DNA of 64,000 nt, taken from the NCBI GenBank assembly GCA_964016885.1, contig OZ024745.1, forward strand, positions 8,308,001 to 8,372,000. Reading direction: 5' to 3'. The notes under the pieces were generated by a model. That model made no database searches. It was not told the DNA's origin and saw only the letters and a list, made by a program, of their open reading frames with translations. Shown piece after piece: positions 40,701-55,500 of the stretch (position 1 is its first letter; each line of letters opens with the position of its first letter). This stretch comes from Eledone cirrhosa (taxonomy: Eukaryota). A program made the translations under genes and the position numbers.

Positions 40701-43700
40701 GTAATATCTATCATATAGGTGGTGCCAGATGTACAATAACATGTGGAGGAGGTGTGTCAAGAGTTTCTGACAGTAATGTCTACCATATAGGTGGTGCCAG
40801 ATGTACAATAACATGTGGAGGAGGTGTGTCAAGAGTTTCTGACAGTAATGTCTACCATATAGGTGGTGCCAGATGTACAATAACATGTGGAGGGGATGTG
40901 TCAAGAGTTTCTGACAGTAATGTCTACCATATAGGTGGTGCCAGATGTACAATAACATGTGGAGGAGGTGTGTCAAGAGTTTCTGACAGTAATGTCTACC
41001 ATATATGTGGTGCCAGATGTACAATAACATGTGGAGGAGGTGTGTCAAGAGTTTCTGACAGTAATGTCTACCATATAGGTGGTGCCAGATGTACAATAAC
41101 ATGTGGATGGGATATGTCAAGAGTTTCTGACAGTAATGTCTACCATATAGGTGGTGCCAGGTGTACGATAACATGTGGAGGGGATATGTCAAGAGTTTCT
41201 GACAGTAATGTCTACCATATAGGTGGTGCCAGATGTACAATAACATGTGGATGGGATGTGTCAAGAGTTTCTGACAGTAATATCTACCATATAGGTGGTG
41301 CCAGGTGTACAATAACATGTGGAGGTGTGTCAAGAGTTTCTGACAGTAATATCTACCATATAGGTGGTGCCAGGTGTACAATAACATGTGGAGGTGTGTC
41401 AAGAGTTTCTGACAGTAATATCTACCATATAGGTGGTGCCAGATGTACAATAACATGTGGAGGAGGTGTGTCAAGAGTTTCTGACAGTAATGTCTACCAT
41501 ATAGGTGGTGCCAGATGTACAATAACATGTGGAGGAGGTGTGTCAAGAGTTTCTGACAGTAATGTCTACCATATAGGTGGTGCCAGATGTACAATAACAT
41601 GTGGAGGGGATGTGTCAAGAGTTTCTGACAGTAATGTCTACCATATAGGTGGTGCCAGATGTACAATAACATGTGGAGGAGGTGTGTCAAGAGTTTCTGA
41701 CAGTAATGTCTACCATATATGTGGTGCCAGATGTACAATAACATGTGGAGGAGGTGTGTCAAGAGTTTCTGACAGTAATGTCTACCATATAGGTGGTGCC
41801 AGATGTACAATAACATGTGGATGGGATGTGTCAAGAGATTCTGACAGTAATGTCTACCATATAGGTGGTGCCAGATGTACAATAACATGTGGATGGGATG
41901 TGTCAAGAGTTTCTGACAGTAATATCTACCATATAGGTGGTGCCAGGTGTACAATAACATGTGGAGGTGTGTCAAGAGTTTCTGACAGTAATATCTACCA
42001 TATAGGTGGTGCCAGGTGTACAATAACATGTGGAGGTGTGTCAAGAGTTTCTGACAGTAATATCTACCATATAGGTGGTGCCAGGTGTACAATAACATGA
42101 GGAGGGGATATGTCAAGAGTTTCTGACAGTAATGTCTACCATATAGGTGGTGCCAGGTGTACAATAACATGTGGAGGGGATATGTCAAGAGTTTCTGACA
42201 GTAATGTCTACCATATAGGTGGTGCCAGATGTACAATAACATGTGGATGGGATGTGTCAAGAGTTTCCGACAGTAATGTCTACCATATAGGTGGTGCCAG
42301 ATGTACAATAACATGTGGATGGGATGTGTCAAGAGTTTCTGACAGTAATATCTACCATATAGGTGGTGCCAGGTGTACAATAACATGTGGAGGTGTGTCA
42401 AGAGTTTCTGACAGTAATGTCTACCATATAGGTGGTGCCAGGTGTACAATAACATGTGGAGGTGTGTAAAGAGTTTCTGACAGTAATGTCTACCATATAG
42501 GTGGTGCCAGGTGTACAATAACATGTGGATGGGATGTGTCAAGAGTTTCTGACAGTAATATCTACCATATAGGTGGTGCCAGGTGTACAATAACATGTGG
42601 AGGTGTGTCAAGAGTTTCTGACAGTAATGTCTACCATATAGGTGGTGCCAGGTGTACAATAACATGTGGATGGGATGTGTCAAGAGTTTCTGACAGTAAT
42701 ATCTACCATATAGGTGGTGCCAGATGTACAATAACATGTGGAGGAGGTGTGTCAAGAGTTTCTGACAGTAATGTCTACCATATAGGTGGTGCCAGATGTA
42801 CAATAACATGTGGAGGAGGTGTGTCAAGAGTTTCTGACAGTAATGTCTACCATATAGGTGGTGCCAGATGTACAATAACATGTGGAGGGGATGTGTCAAG
42901 AGTTCCTGACAGTAATGTCTACCATATAGGTGGTGCTAGATGTACAATAACATGTGGAGGAGGTGTGTCAAGAGTTTCTGACAGTAATGTCTACCATATA
43001 TGTGGTGCCAGATGTACAATAACATGTGGAGGAGGTGTGTCAAGAGTTTCTGACAGTAATGTCTACCATATAGGTGGTGCCAGATGTACAATAACATGTG
43101 GATGGGATGTGTCAAGAGATTCTGACAGTAATGTCTACCGTATAGGTGGTGCCAGATGTACAATAACATGTGGATGGGATATGTCAAGAGTTTCTGACAG
43201 TAATGTCTACCATATAGGTGGTGCCAGATGTACAATAACATGTGGATGGGATGTGTCAAGAGTTTCTGACAGTAATATCTACCATATAGGTGGTGCCAGG
43301 TGTACAATAACATGTGGAGGTGTGTCAAGAGTTTCTGACAGTAATATCTACCATATAGGTGGTGCCAGGTGTACAATAACATGTGGAGGTGTGTCAAGAG
43401 TTTCTGACAGTAATATCTACCATATAGGTGGTGCCAGGTGTACAATAACATGAGGAGGGGATATGTCAAGAGTTTCTGACAGTAATGTCTACCATATAGG
43501 TGATGCCAGGTGTACAATAACATGTGGAGGGGATATGTCAAGAGTTTCTGACAGTAATGTCTACCATATAGGTGGTGCCAGATGTACAATAACATGTGGA
43601 TGGGATGTGTCAAGAGTTTCCGACAGTAATGTCTACCATATAGGTGGTGCCAGATGTACATAACATGTGGATGGGATGTGTCAAGAGTTTCTGACAGTAA

Positions 43701-46700
43701 TATCTACCATATAGGTGGTGCCAGGTGTACAATAACATGTGGAGGTGTGTCAAGAGTTTCTGACAGTAATGTCTACCATATAGGTGGTGCCAGGTGTACA
43801 ATAACATGTGGATGGGATGTGTCAAGAGTTTCTGACAGTAATATCTATCATATAGGTGGTGCCAGATGTACAATAACATGTGGAGGAGGTGTGTCAAGAG
43901 TTTCTGACAGTAATGTCTACCATATAGGTGGTGCCAGATGTACAATAACATGTGGAGGAGGTGTGTCAAGAGTTTCTGACAGTAATGTCTACCATATAGG
44001 TGGTGCCAGATGTACAATAACATGTGGAGGGGATGTGTCAAGAGTTTCTGACAGTAATGTCTACCATATAGGTGGTGCCAGATGTACAATAACATGTGGA
44101 GGAGGTGTGTCAAGAGTTTCTGACAGTAATGTCTACCATATATGTGGTGCCAGATGTACAATAACATGTGGAGGAGGTGTGTCAAGAGTTTCTGACAGTA
44201 ATGTCTACCATATAGGTGGTGCCAGATGTACAATAACATGTGGATGGGATATGTCAAGAGTTTCTGACAGTAATGTCTACCATATAGGTGGTGCCAGGTG
44301 TACGATAACATGTGGAGGGGATATGTCAAGAGTTTCTGACAGTAATGTCTACCATATAGGTGGTGCCAGATGTACAATAACATGTGGATGGGATGTGTCA
44401 AGAGTTTCTGACAGTAATATCTACCATATAGGTGGTGCCAGGTGTACAATAACATGTGGAGGTGTGTCAAGAGTTTCTGACAGTAATATCTACCATATAG
44501 GTGGTGCCAGGTGTACAATAACATGTGGAGGTGTGTCAAGAGTTTCTGACAGTAATATCTACCATATAGGTGGTGCCAGATGTACAATAACATGTGGAGG
44601 AGGTGTGTCAAGAGTTTCTGACAGTAATGTCTACCATATAGGTGGTGCCAGATGTACAATAACATGTGGAGGAGGTGTGTCAAGAGTTTCTGACAGTAAT
44701 GTCTACCATATAGGTGGTGCCAGATGTACAATAACATGTGGAGGGGATGTGTCAAGAGTTTCTGACAGTAATGTCTACCATATAGGTGGTGCCAGATGTA
44801 CAATAACATGTGGAGGAGGTGTGTCAAGAGTTTCTGACAGTAATGTCTACCATATATGTGGTGCCAGATGTACAATAACATGTGGAGGTGTGTCAAGAGT
44901 TTCTGACAGTAATGTCTACCATATAGGTGGTGCCAGGTGTACAATAACATGTGGATGGGATGTGTCAAGAGTTTCTGACAGTAATATCTACCATATAGGT
45001 GGTGCCAGGTGTACAATAACATGTGGAGGTGTGTCAAGAGTTTCTGACAGTAATGTCTACCATATAGGTGGTGCCAGGTGTACAATAACATGTGGATGGG
45101 ATGTGTCAAGAGTTTCTGACAGTAATATCTACCATATAGGTGGTGCCAGGTGTACAATAACATGTGGAGGTGTGTCAAGAGTTTCTGACAGTAATGTCTA
45201 CCATATAGGTGGTGCCAGGTGTACAATAACATGTGGATGGGATGTGTCAAGAGTTTCTGACAGTAATATCTACCATATAGGTGGTGCTAGGTGTACAATA
45301 ACATGTGGGGGTGTGTCAAGAGTTTCTGACAGTAATGTCTACCATATAGGTGGTGCCAGGTGTACAATAACATGTGGATGGGATGTGTCAAGAGTTTCTG
45401 ACAGTAATATCTACCATATAGGTGGTGCCAGATGTACAATAACATGTGGAGGAGGTGTGTCAAGAGTTTCTGACAGTAATGTCTACCATATAGGTGGTGC
45501 CAGATGTACAATAACATGTGGAGGAGGTGTGTCAAGAGTTTCTGACAGTAATGTCTACCATATAGGTGGTGCCAGATGTACAATAACATGTGGATGGGAT
45601 GTGTCAAGAGATTCTGACAGTAATGTCTACCATATAGGTGGTGCCAGATGTACAATAACATGTGGATGGGATATGTCAAGAGTTTCTGACAGTAATGTCT
45701 ACCATATAGGTGGTGCCAGGTGTACGATAACATGTGGAGGGGATATGTCAAGAGTTTCTGACAGTAATGTCTACCATATAGATGGTGCCAGATATACAAT
45801 AACATGTGGATGGGGTGTGTCAAGAGTATCTGACAGTAATATCTACCATATAGGTGGTGCCAGGTGTACAATAACATGTGGAGGTGTGTCAAGAGTTTCT
45901 GACAGTAATATCTACCATATAGGTGGTGCCAGGTGTACAATAACATGTGGAGGTGTGTCAAGAGTTTCTGACAGTAATATCTACCATATAGGTGGTGCCA
46001 GGTGTACAATAACATGAGGAGGGGATATGTCAAGAGTTTCTGACAGTAATGTCTACCATATAGGTGGTGCCAGATGTACAATAACATGTGGATGGGATGT
46101 GTCAAGAGTTTCTGACAGTAATGTCTACCATATAGGTGGTGCCAGATGTACAATAACATGTGGATGGGATGTGTCAAGAGTTTCTGACAGTAATATCTAC
46201 CATATAGGTGGTGCCAGGTGTACAATAACATGTGGAGGTGTGTCAAGAGTTTCTGACAGTAATGTCTACCATATAGGTGGTGCCAGGTGTACAATAACAT
46301 GTGGAGGTGTGTAAAGAGTTTCTGACAGTAATGTCTACCATATAGGTGGTGCCAGGTGTACAATAACATGTGGATGGGATGTGTCAAGAGTTTCTGACAG
46401 TAATATCTACCATATAGGTGGTGCCAGGTGTACAATAACATGTGGAGGTGTGTCAAGAGTTTCTGACAGTAATGTATACCATATAGGTGGTGCCAGGTGT
46501 ACAATAACATGTGGATGGGATGTGTCAAGAGTTTCTGACAGTAATATCTACCATATAGGTGGTGCCAGATGTACAATAACATGTGGAGGAGGTGTGTCAA
46601 GAGTTTCTGACAGTAATGTCTACCATATAGGTGGTGCCAGATGTACAATAACATGTGGAGGAGGTGTGTCAAGAGTTTCTGACAGTAATGTCTACCATAT

Positions 46701-49700
46701 AGGTGGTGCCAGATGTACAATAACATGTGGAGGGGATGTGTCAAGAGTTCCTGACAGTAATGTCTACCATATAGGTGGTGCTAGATGTACAATAACATGT
46801 GGAGGAGGTGTGTCAAGAGTTTCTGACAGTAATGTCTACCATATATGTGGTGCCAGATGTACAATAACATGTGGAGGAGGTGTGTCAAGAGTTTCTGACA
46901 GTAATGTCTACCATATAGGTGGTGCCAGATGTACAATAACATGTGGATGGGATGTGTCAAGAGATTCTGACAGTAATGTCTACCGTATAGGTGGTGCCAG
47001 ATGTACAATAACATGTGGATGGGATATGTCAAGAGTTTCTGACAGTAATGTCTACCATATAGGTGGTGCCAGATGTACAATAACATGTGGATGGGATGTG
47101 TCAAGAGTTTCTGACAGTAATATCTACCATATAGGTGGTGCCAGGTGTACAATAACATGTGGAGGTGTGTCAAGAGTTTCTGACAGTAATATCTACCATA
47201 TAGGTGGTGCCAGGTGTACAATAACATGTGGAGGTGTGTCAAGAGTTTCTGACAGTAATATCTACCATATAGGTGGTGCCAGGTGTACAATAACATGAGG
47301 AGGGGATATGTCAAGAGTTTCTGACAGTAATGTCTACCATATAGGTGATGCCAGGTGTACAATAACATGTGGAGGGGATATGTCAAGAGTTTCTGACAGT
47401 AATGTCTACCATATAGGTGGTGCCAGATGTACAATAACATGTGGATGGGATGTGTCAAGAGTTTCCGACAGTAATGTCTACCATATAGGTGGTGCCAGAT
47501 GTACATAACATGTGGATGGGATGTGTCAAGAGTTTCTGACAGTAATATCTACCATATAGGTGGTGCCAGGTGTACAATAACATGTGGAGGTGTGTCAAGA
47601 GTTTCTGACAGTAATGTCTACCATATAGGTGGTGCCAGGTGTACAATAACATGTGGATGGGATGTGTCAAGAGTTTCTGACAGTAATATCTATCATATAG
47701 GTGGTGCCAGATGTACAATAACATGTGGAGGAGGTGTGTCAAGAGTTTCTGACAGTAATGTCTACCATATAGGTGGTGCCAGATGTACAATAACATGTGG
47801 AGGAGGTGTGTCAAGAGTTTCTGACAGTAATGTCTACCATATAGGTGGTGCCAGATGTACAATAACATGTGGAGGGGATGTGTCAAGAGTTTCTGACAGT
47901 AATGTCTACCATATAGGTGGTGCCAGATGTACAATAACATGTGGAGGAGGTGTGTCAAGAGTTTCTGACAGTAATGTCTACCATATATGTGGTGCCAGAT
48001 GTACAATAACATGTGGAGGAGGTGTGTCAAGAGTTTCTGACAGTAATGTCTACCATATAGGTGGTGCCAGATGTACAATAACATGTGGATGGGATATGTC
48101 AAGAGTTTCTGACAGTAATGTCTACCATATAGGTGGTGCCAGGTGTACGATAACATGTGGAGGGGATATGTCAAGAGTTTCTGACAGTAATGTCTACCAT
48201 ATAGGTGGTGCCAGATGTACAATAACATGTGGATGGGATGTGTCAAGAGTTTCTGACAGTAATATCTACCATATAGGTGGTGCCAGGTGTACAATAACAT
48301 GTGGAGGTGTGTCAAGAGTTTCTGACAGTAATATCTACCATATAGGTGGTGCCAGGTGTACAATAACATGTGGAGGTGTGTCAAGAGTTTCTGACAGTAA
48401 TATCTACCATATAGGTGGTGCCAGATGTACAATAACATGTGGAGGAGGTGTGTCAAGAGTTTCTGACAGTAATGTCTACCATATAGGTGGTGCCAGATGT
48501 ACAATAACATGTGGAGGAGGTGTGTCAAGAGTTTCTGACAGTAATGTCTACCATATAGGTGGTGCCAGATGTACAATAACATGTGGAGGGGATGTGTCAA
48601 GAGTTTCTGACAGTAATGTCTACCATATAGGTGGTGCCAGATGTACAATAACATGTGGAGGAGGTGTGTCAAGAGTTTCTGACAGTAATGTCTACCATAT
48701 ATGTGGTGCCAGATGTACAATAACATGTGGAGGAGGTGTGTCAAGAGTTTCTGACAGTAATGTCTACCATATAGGTGGTGCCAGATGTACAATAACATGT
48801 GGATGGGATGTGTCAAGAGATTCTGACAGTAATGTCTACCATATAGGTGGTGCCAGATGTACAATAACATGTGGATGGGATGTGTCAAGAGTTTCTGACA
48901 GTAATATCTACCATATAGGTGGTGCCAGGTGTACAATAACATGTGGAGGTGTGTCAAGAGTTTCTGACAGTAATATCTACCATATAGGTGGTGCCAGGTG
49001 TACAATAACATGTGGAGGTGTGTCAAGAGTTTCTGACAGTAATATCTACCATATAGGTGGTGCCAGGTGTACAATAACATGAGGAGGGGATATGTCAAGA
49101 GTTTCTGACAGTAATGTCTACCATATAGGTGGTGCCAGGTGTACAATAACATGTGGAGGGGATATGTCAAGAGTTTCTGACAGTAATGTCTACCATATAG
49201 GTGGTGCCAGATGTACAATAACATGTGGATGGGATGTGTCAAGAGTTTCCGACAGTAATGTCTACCATATAGGTGGTGCCAGATGTACAATAACATGTGG
49301 ATGGGATGTGTCAAGAGTTTCTGACAGTAATATCTACCATATAGGTGGTGCCAGGTGTACAATAACATGTGGAGGTGTGTCAAGAGTTTCTGACAGTAAT
49401 GTCTACCATATAGGTGGTGCCAGGTGTACAATAACATGTGGAGGTGTGTAAAGAGTTTCTGACAGTAATGTCTACCATATAGGTGGTGCCAGGTGTACAA
49501 TAACATGTGGATGGGATGTGTCAAGAATTTCTGACAGTAATATCTACCATATAGGTGGTGCCAGGTGTACAATAACATGTGGAGGTGTGTCAAGAGTTTC
49601 TGACAGTAATGTCTACCATATAGGTGGTGCCAGGTGTACAATAACATGTGGATGGGATGTGTCAAGAGTTTCTGACAGTAATATCTACCATATAGGTGGT

Positions 49701-51900
49701 GCCAGATGTACAATAACATGTGGAGGAGGTGTGTCAAGAGTTTCTGACAGTAATGTCTACCATATAGGTGGTGCCAGATGTACAATAACATGTGGAGGAG
49801 GTGTGTCAAGAGTTTCTGACAGTAATGTCTACCATATAGGTGGTGCCAGATGTACAATAACATGTGGAGGGGATGTGTCAAGAGTTCCTGACAGTAATGT
49901 CTACCATATAGGTGGTGCTAGATGTACAATAACATGTGGAGGAGGTGTGTCAAGAGTTTCTGACAGTAATGTCTACCATATATGTGGTGCCAGATGTACA
50001 ATAACATGTGGAGGAGGTGTGTCAAGAGTTTCTGACAGTAATGTCTACCATATAGGTGGTGCCAGATGTACAATAACATGTGGATGGGATGTGTCAAGAG
50101 ATTCTGACAGTAATGTCTACCGTATAGGTGGTGCCAGATGTACAATAACATGTGGATGGGATATGTCAAGAGTTTCTGACAGTAATGTCTACCATATAGG
50201 TGGTGCCAGATGTACAATAACATGTGGATGGGATGTGTCAAGAGTTTCTGACAGTAATATCTACCATATAGGTGGTGCCAGGTGTACAATAACATGTGGA
50301 GGTGTGTCAAGAGTTTCTGACAGTAATATCTACCATATAGGTGGTGCCAGGTGTACAATAACATGTGGAGGTGTGTCAAGAGTTTCTGACAGTAATATCT
50401 ACCATATAGGTGGTGCCAGGTGTACAATAACATGAGGAGGGGATATGTCAAGAGTTTCTGACAGTAATGTCTACCATATAGGTGATGCCAGGTGTACAAT
50501 AACATGTGGAGGGGATATGTCAAGAGTTTCTGACAGTAATGTCTACCATATAGGTGGTGCCAGATGTACAATAACATGTGTATGGGATGTGTCAAGAGTT
50601 TCCGACAGTAATGTCTACCATATAGGTGGTGCCAGATGTACATAACATGTGGATGGGATGTGTCAAGAGTTTCTGACAGTAATATCTACCATATAGGTGG
50701 TGCCAGGTGTACAATAACATGTGGAGGTGTGTCAAGAGTTTCTGACAGTAATGTCTACCATATAGGTGGTGCCAGGTGTACAATAACATGTGGATGGGAT
50801 GTGTCAAGAGTTTCTGACAGTAATATCTATCATATAGGTGGTGCCAGATGTACAATAACATGTGGAGGAGGTGTGTCAAGAGTTTCTGACAGTAATGTCT
50901 ACCATATAGGTGGTGCCAGATGTACAATAACATGTGGAGGAGGTGTGTCAAGAGTTTCTGACAGTAATGTCTACCATATAGGTGGTGCCAGATGTACAAT
51001 AACATGTGGAGGGGATGTGTCAAGAGTTTCTGACAGTAATGTCTACCATATAGGTGGTGCCAGATGTACAATAACATGTGGAGGAGGTGTGTCAAGAGTT
51101 TCTGACAGTAATGTCTACCATATATGTGGTGCCAGATGTACAATAACATGTGGAGGAGGTGTGTCAAGAGTTTCTGACAGTAATGTCTACCATATAGGTG
51201 GTGCCAGATGTACAATAACATGTGGATGGGATATGTCAAGAGTTTCTGACAGTAATGTCTACCATATAGGTGGTGCCAGGTGTACGATAACATGTGGAGG
51301 GGATATGTCAAGAGTTTCTGACAGTAATGTCTACCATATAGGTGGTGCCAGATGTACAATAACATGTGGATGGGATGTGTCAAGAGTTTCTGACAGTAAT
51401 ATCTACCATATAGGTGGTGCCAGGTGTACAATAACATGTGGAGGTGTGTCAAGAGTTTCTGACAGTAATATCTACCATATAGGTGGTGCCAGGTGTACAA
51501 TAACATGTGGAGGTGTGTCAAGAGTTTCTGACAGTAATATCTACCATATAGGTGGTGCCAGATGTACAATAACATGTGGAGGAGGTGTGTCAAGAGTTTC
51601 TGACAGTAATGTCTACCATATAGGTGGTGCCAGATGTACAATAACATGTGGAGGAGGTGTGTCAAGAGTTTCTGACAGTAATGTCTACCATATAGGTGGT
51701 GCCAGATGTACAATAACATGTGGAGGAGGTGTGTCAAGAGTTTCTGACAGTAATGTCTACCATATAGGTGGTGCCAGATGTACAATAACATGTGGAGGGG
51801 ATGTGTCAAGAGTTTCTGACAGTAATGTCTACCATATAGGTGGTGCCAGATGTACAATAACATGTGGAGGAGGTGTGTCAAGAGTTTCTGACAGTAATGT
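37410..51900 (+). repeat. ~7.0-7.5-kb tandem duplication with its junction near 44880
   Basis: GCTAGG..TGGGGG at ~37815/45286 and the stops at 38546/46017 have offset 7471. The ORF pairs 39399/46381, 40517/47499, 42110/49092, 42536/49518 and 43654/50636 all have offset 6982. Confidence 0.85.
39250..44880 (+). repeat. 3137-bp (44-monomer) higher-order unit, about 1.8 copies here and repeated at ~46.2-52.5 kb
   Basis: Offset 3137 holds for the TAA stop (39332/42469), the GTTCCTG+GCTAGA markers, the TGA (40316/43453) and the 1-bp deletion (40517/43654). The same offset links 46314/49451, 47298/50435 and 47499/50636. 3137 = 1353+1784. Confidence 0.85.
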
Positions 51901-52599
51901 CTACCATATATGTGGTGCCAGATGTACAATAACATGTGGAGGAGGTGTGTCAAGAGTTTCTGACAGTAATGTCTACCATATAGGTGGTGCCAGATGTACA
52001 ATAACATGTGGATGGGATGTGTCAAGAGATTCTGACAGTAATGTCTACCATATAGGTGGTGCCAGATGTACAATAACATGTGGATGGGATGTGTCAAGAG
52101 TTTCTGACAGTAATATCTACCATATAGGTGGTGCCAGGTGTACAATAACATGTGGAGGTGTGTCAAGAGTTTCTGACAGTAATATCTACCATATAGGTGG
52201 TGCCAGGTGTACAATAACATGTGGAGGTGTGTCAAGAGTTTCTGACAGTAATATCTACCATATAGGTGGTGCCAGGTGTACAATAACATGAGGAGGGGAT
52301 ATGTCAAGAGTTTCTGACAGTAATGTCTACCATATAGGTGGTGCCAGGTGTACAATAACATGTGGAGGGGATATGTCAAGAGTTTCTGACAGTAATGTCT
52401 ACCATATAGGTGGTGCCAGATGTACAATAACATGTGGATGGGATGTGTCAAGAGTTTCCGACAGTAATGTCTACCATATACGTGGTGCCAGATGTACAAT
52501 AACATGTGGATGGGATGTGTCAAGAGTTTCTGACAGTAATATCTACCATATAGGTGGTGCCAGGTGTACAATAACATGTGGAGGTGTGTCAAGAGTTTC

Positions 52600-55500
52600 T
52601 GACAGTAATATCTACCATATAGGTGGTGCCAGGTGTACAATAACATGTGGAGGTGTGTCAAGAGTTTCTGACAGTAATGTCTACCATATAGGTGGTGCCA
52701 GGTGTACAATAACATGTGGAGGTGTGTCAAGAGTTTCTGACAGTAATATCTACCATATAGTTGGTGCCAGGTGTACAATAACATGTGGAGGTGTGTCAAG
52801 AGTTTCTGGCAGTAATATCTACCATATAGGTGGTGCCAGGTGTACAATAACATGGGGAGGTGTGTCAAGAGTTTATGACAGTAATATCTACCATATAGTC
52901 GGTGCCAGGTGTACAATAACATGTGGAGGTGTGTCAAGAGTTTCTGACAGTAATATCTACCATATAGGTGGTGCCAGGTGTACAATAACATGTGGATGGG
53001 ATGTGTCAAGAGTTTCTGACAGTAATATCTACCATATAGGTGGTGCCAGGTGTACAATAACATGTGGAGGTGTGTCAAGAGTTTCTGACAGTAATGTCTA
53101 CCATATAGGTGGTGCCAGATGTACAATAACATGTGGAGGAGGTGTGTCAAGAGTTTCTGACAGTAATATCTACCATATAGGTGGTGCCAGATGTACAATA
53201 ACATGTGGAGGATGTGTGTCAAGAGTTTCTGACAGTAATGTCTACCATATAGGTGGTGCCAGATGTACAATAACATGTGGAGGAGGTGTGTCAAGAGTTT
53301 CTGACAGTAATATCTACCATATAGGTGGTGCCAGATGTACAATAACATGTGGAGGGGATGTGTCAAGAGTTTCTGACAGTAATGTCTACCATATAGGTGG
53401 TGCTAGATGTACAATAACATGTGGATGAGGTGTGTCAAGAGTTTCTGACAGTAATGTCTACCATATATGTGGTGCCAGATGTACAATAACATGTGGAGGA
53501 GGTGTGTCAAGAGTTTCTGACAGTAATGTCTACCATATAGGTGGTGCCAGATGTACAATAACATGTGGATGGGATGTGTCAAGAGATTCTGACAGTAATG
53601 TCTACCGTATAGGTGGTGCCAGATGTACAATAACATGTGGATGGGATATGTCAAGAGTTTCTGACAGTAATGTCTACCATATAGGTGGTGCCAGGTGTAC
53701 GATAACATGTGGAGGGGATATGTCAAGAGTTTCTGACAGTAATGTCTACCATATAGGTGGTGCCAGATGTACAATAACATGTGGATGGGATGTGTCAAGA
53801 GTTTCTGACAGTAATATCTACCATATAGGTGGTGCCAGGTGTACAATAACATGTGGAGGTGTGTCAAGAGTTTCTGACAGTAATATCTACCATATAGGTG
53901 GTGCCAGGTGTACAATAACATGTGGAGGTGTGTCAAGAGTTTCTGACAGTAATATATACCATATAGGTGGTGCCAGGTGTACAATAACATGAGGAGGGGA
54001 TATGTCAAGAGTTTCTGACAGTAATGTCTACCATATAGGTGATGCCAGGTGTACAATAACATGTGGAGGGGATATGTCAAGAGTTTCTGACAGTAATGTC
54101 TACCATATAGGTGGTGCCAGATGTACAATAACATGTGGATGGGATGTGTCAAGAGTTTCCGACAGTAATGTCTACCATATAGGTGGTGCCAGATGTACAT
54201 AACATGTGGATGGGATGTGTCAAGAGTTTCTGACAGTAATATCTACCATATAGGTGGTGCCAGGTGTACAATAACATGTGGAGGTGTGTCAAGAGTTTCT
54301 GACAGTAATGTCTATAATATAGGTGGTGCCAGGTGTACAATAACATGTGGATGGGATGTGTCAAGAGTTTCTGACAGTAATATCTACCATATAGGTGGTG
54401 CCAGATGTACAATAACATGTGGAGGAGGTGTGTCAAGAGTTTCTGACAGTAATGTCTACCATATAGGTGGTGCCAGATGTACAATAACATGTGGAGGAGG
54501 TGTGTCAAGAGTTTCTGACAGTAATGTCTACCATATAGGTGGTGCCAGATGTACAATAACATGTGGAGGGGATGTGTCAAGAGTTTCTGACAGTAATGTC
54601 TACCATATAGGTGGTGCCAGATGTACAATAACATGTGGAGGAGGTGTGTCAAGAGTTTCTGACAGTAATGTCTACCATATATGTGGTGCCAGATGTACAA
54701 TAACATGTGGAGGAGGTGTGTCAAGAGTTTCTGACAGTAATGTCTACCATATAGGTGGTGCCAGATGTACAATAACATGTGGATGGGATATGTCAAGAGT
54801 TTCTGACAGTAATGTCTACCATATAGGTGGTGCCAGGTGTACGATAACATGTGGAGGGGATATGTCAAGAGTTTCTGACAGTAATGTCTACCATATAGGT
54901 GGTGCCAGATGTACAATAACATGTGGATGGGATGTGTCAAGAGTTTCTGACAGTAATATCTACCATATAGGTGGTGCCAGGTGTACAATAACATGTGGAG
55001 GTGTGTCAAGAGTTTCTGACAGTAATATCTACCATATAGGTGGTGCCAGGTGTACAATAACATGTGGAGGTGTGTCAAGAGTTTCTGACAGTAATATCTA
55101 CCATATAGGTGGTGCCAGATGTACAATAACATGTGGAGGAGGTGTGTCAAGAGTTTCTGACAGTAATGTCTACCATATAGGTGGTGCCAGATGTACAATA
55201 ACATGTGGAGGAGGTGTGTCAAGAGTTTCTGACAGTAATGTCTACCATATAGGTGGTGCCAGATGTACAATAACATGTGGAGGGGATGTGTCAAGAGTTT
55301 CTGACAGTAATGTCTACCATATAGGTGGTGCCAGATGTACAATAACATGTGGAGGAGGTGTGTCAAGAGTTTCTGACAGTAATGTCTACCATATATGTGG
55401 TGCCAGATGTACAATAACATGTGGAGGAGGTGTGTCAAGAGTTTCTGACAGTAATGTCTACCATATAGGTGGTGCCAGATGTACAATAACATGTGGATGG

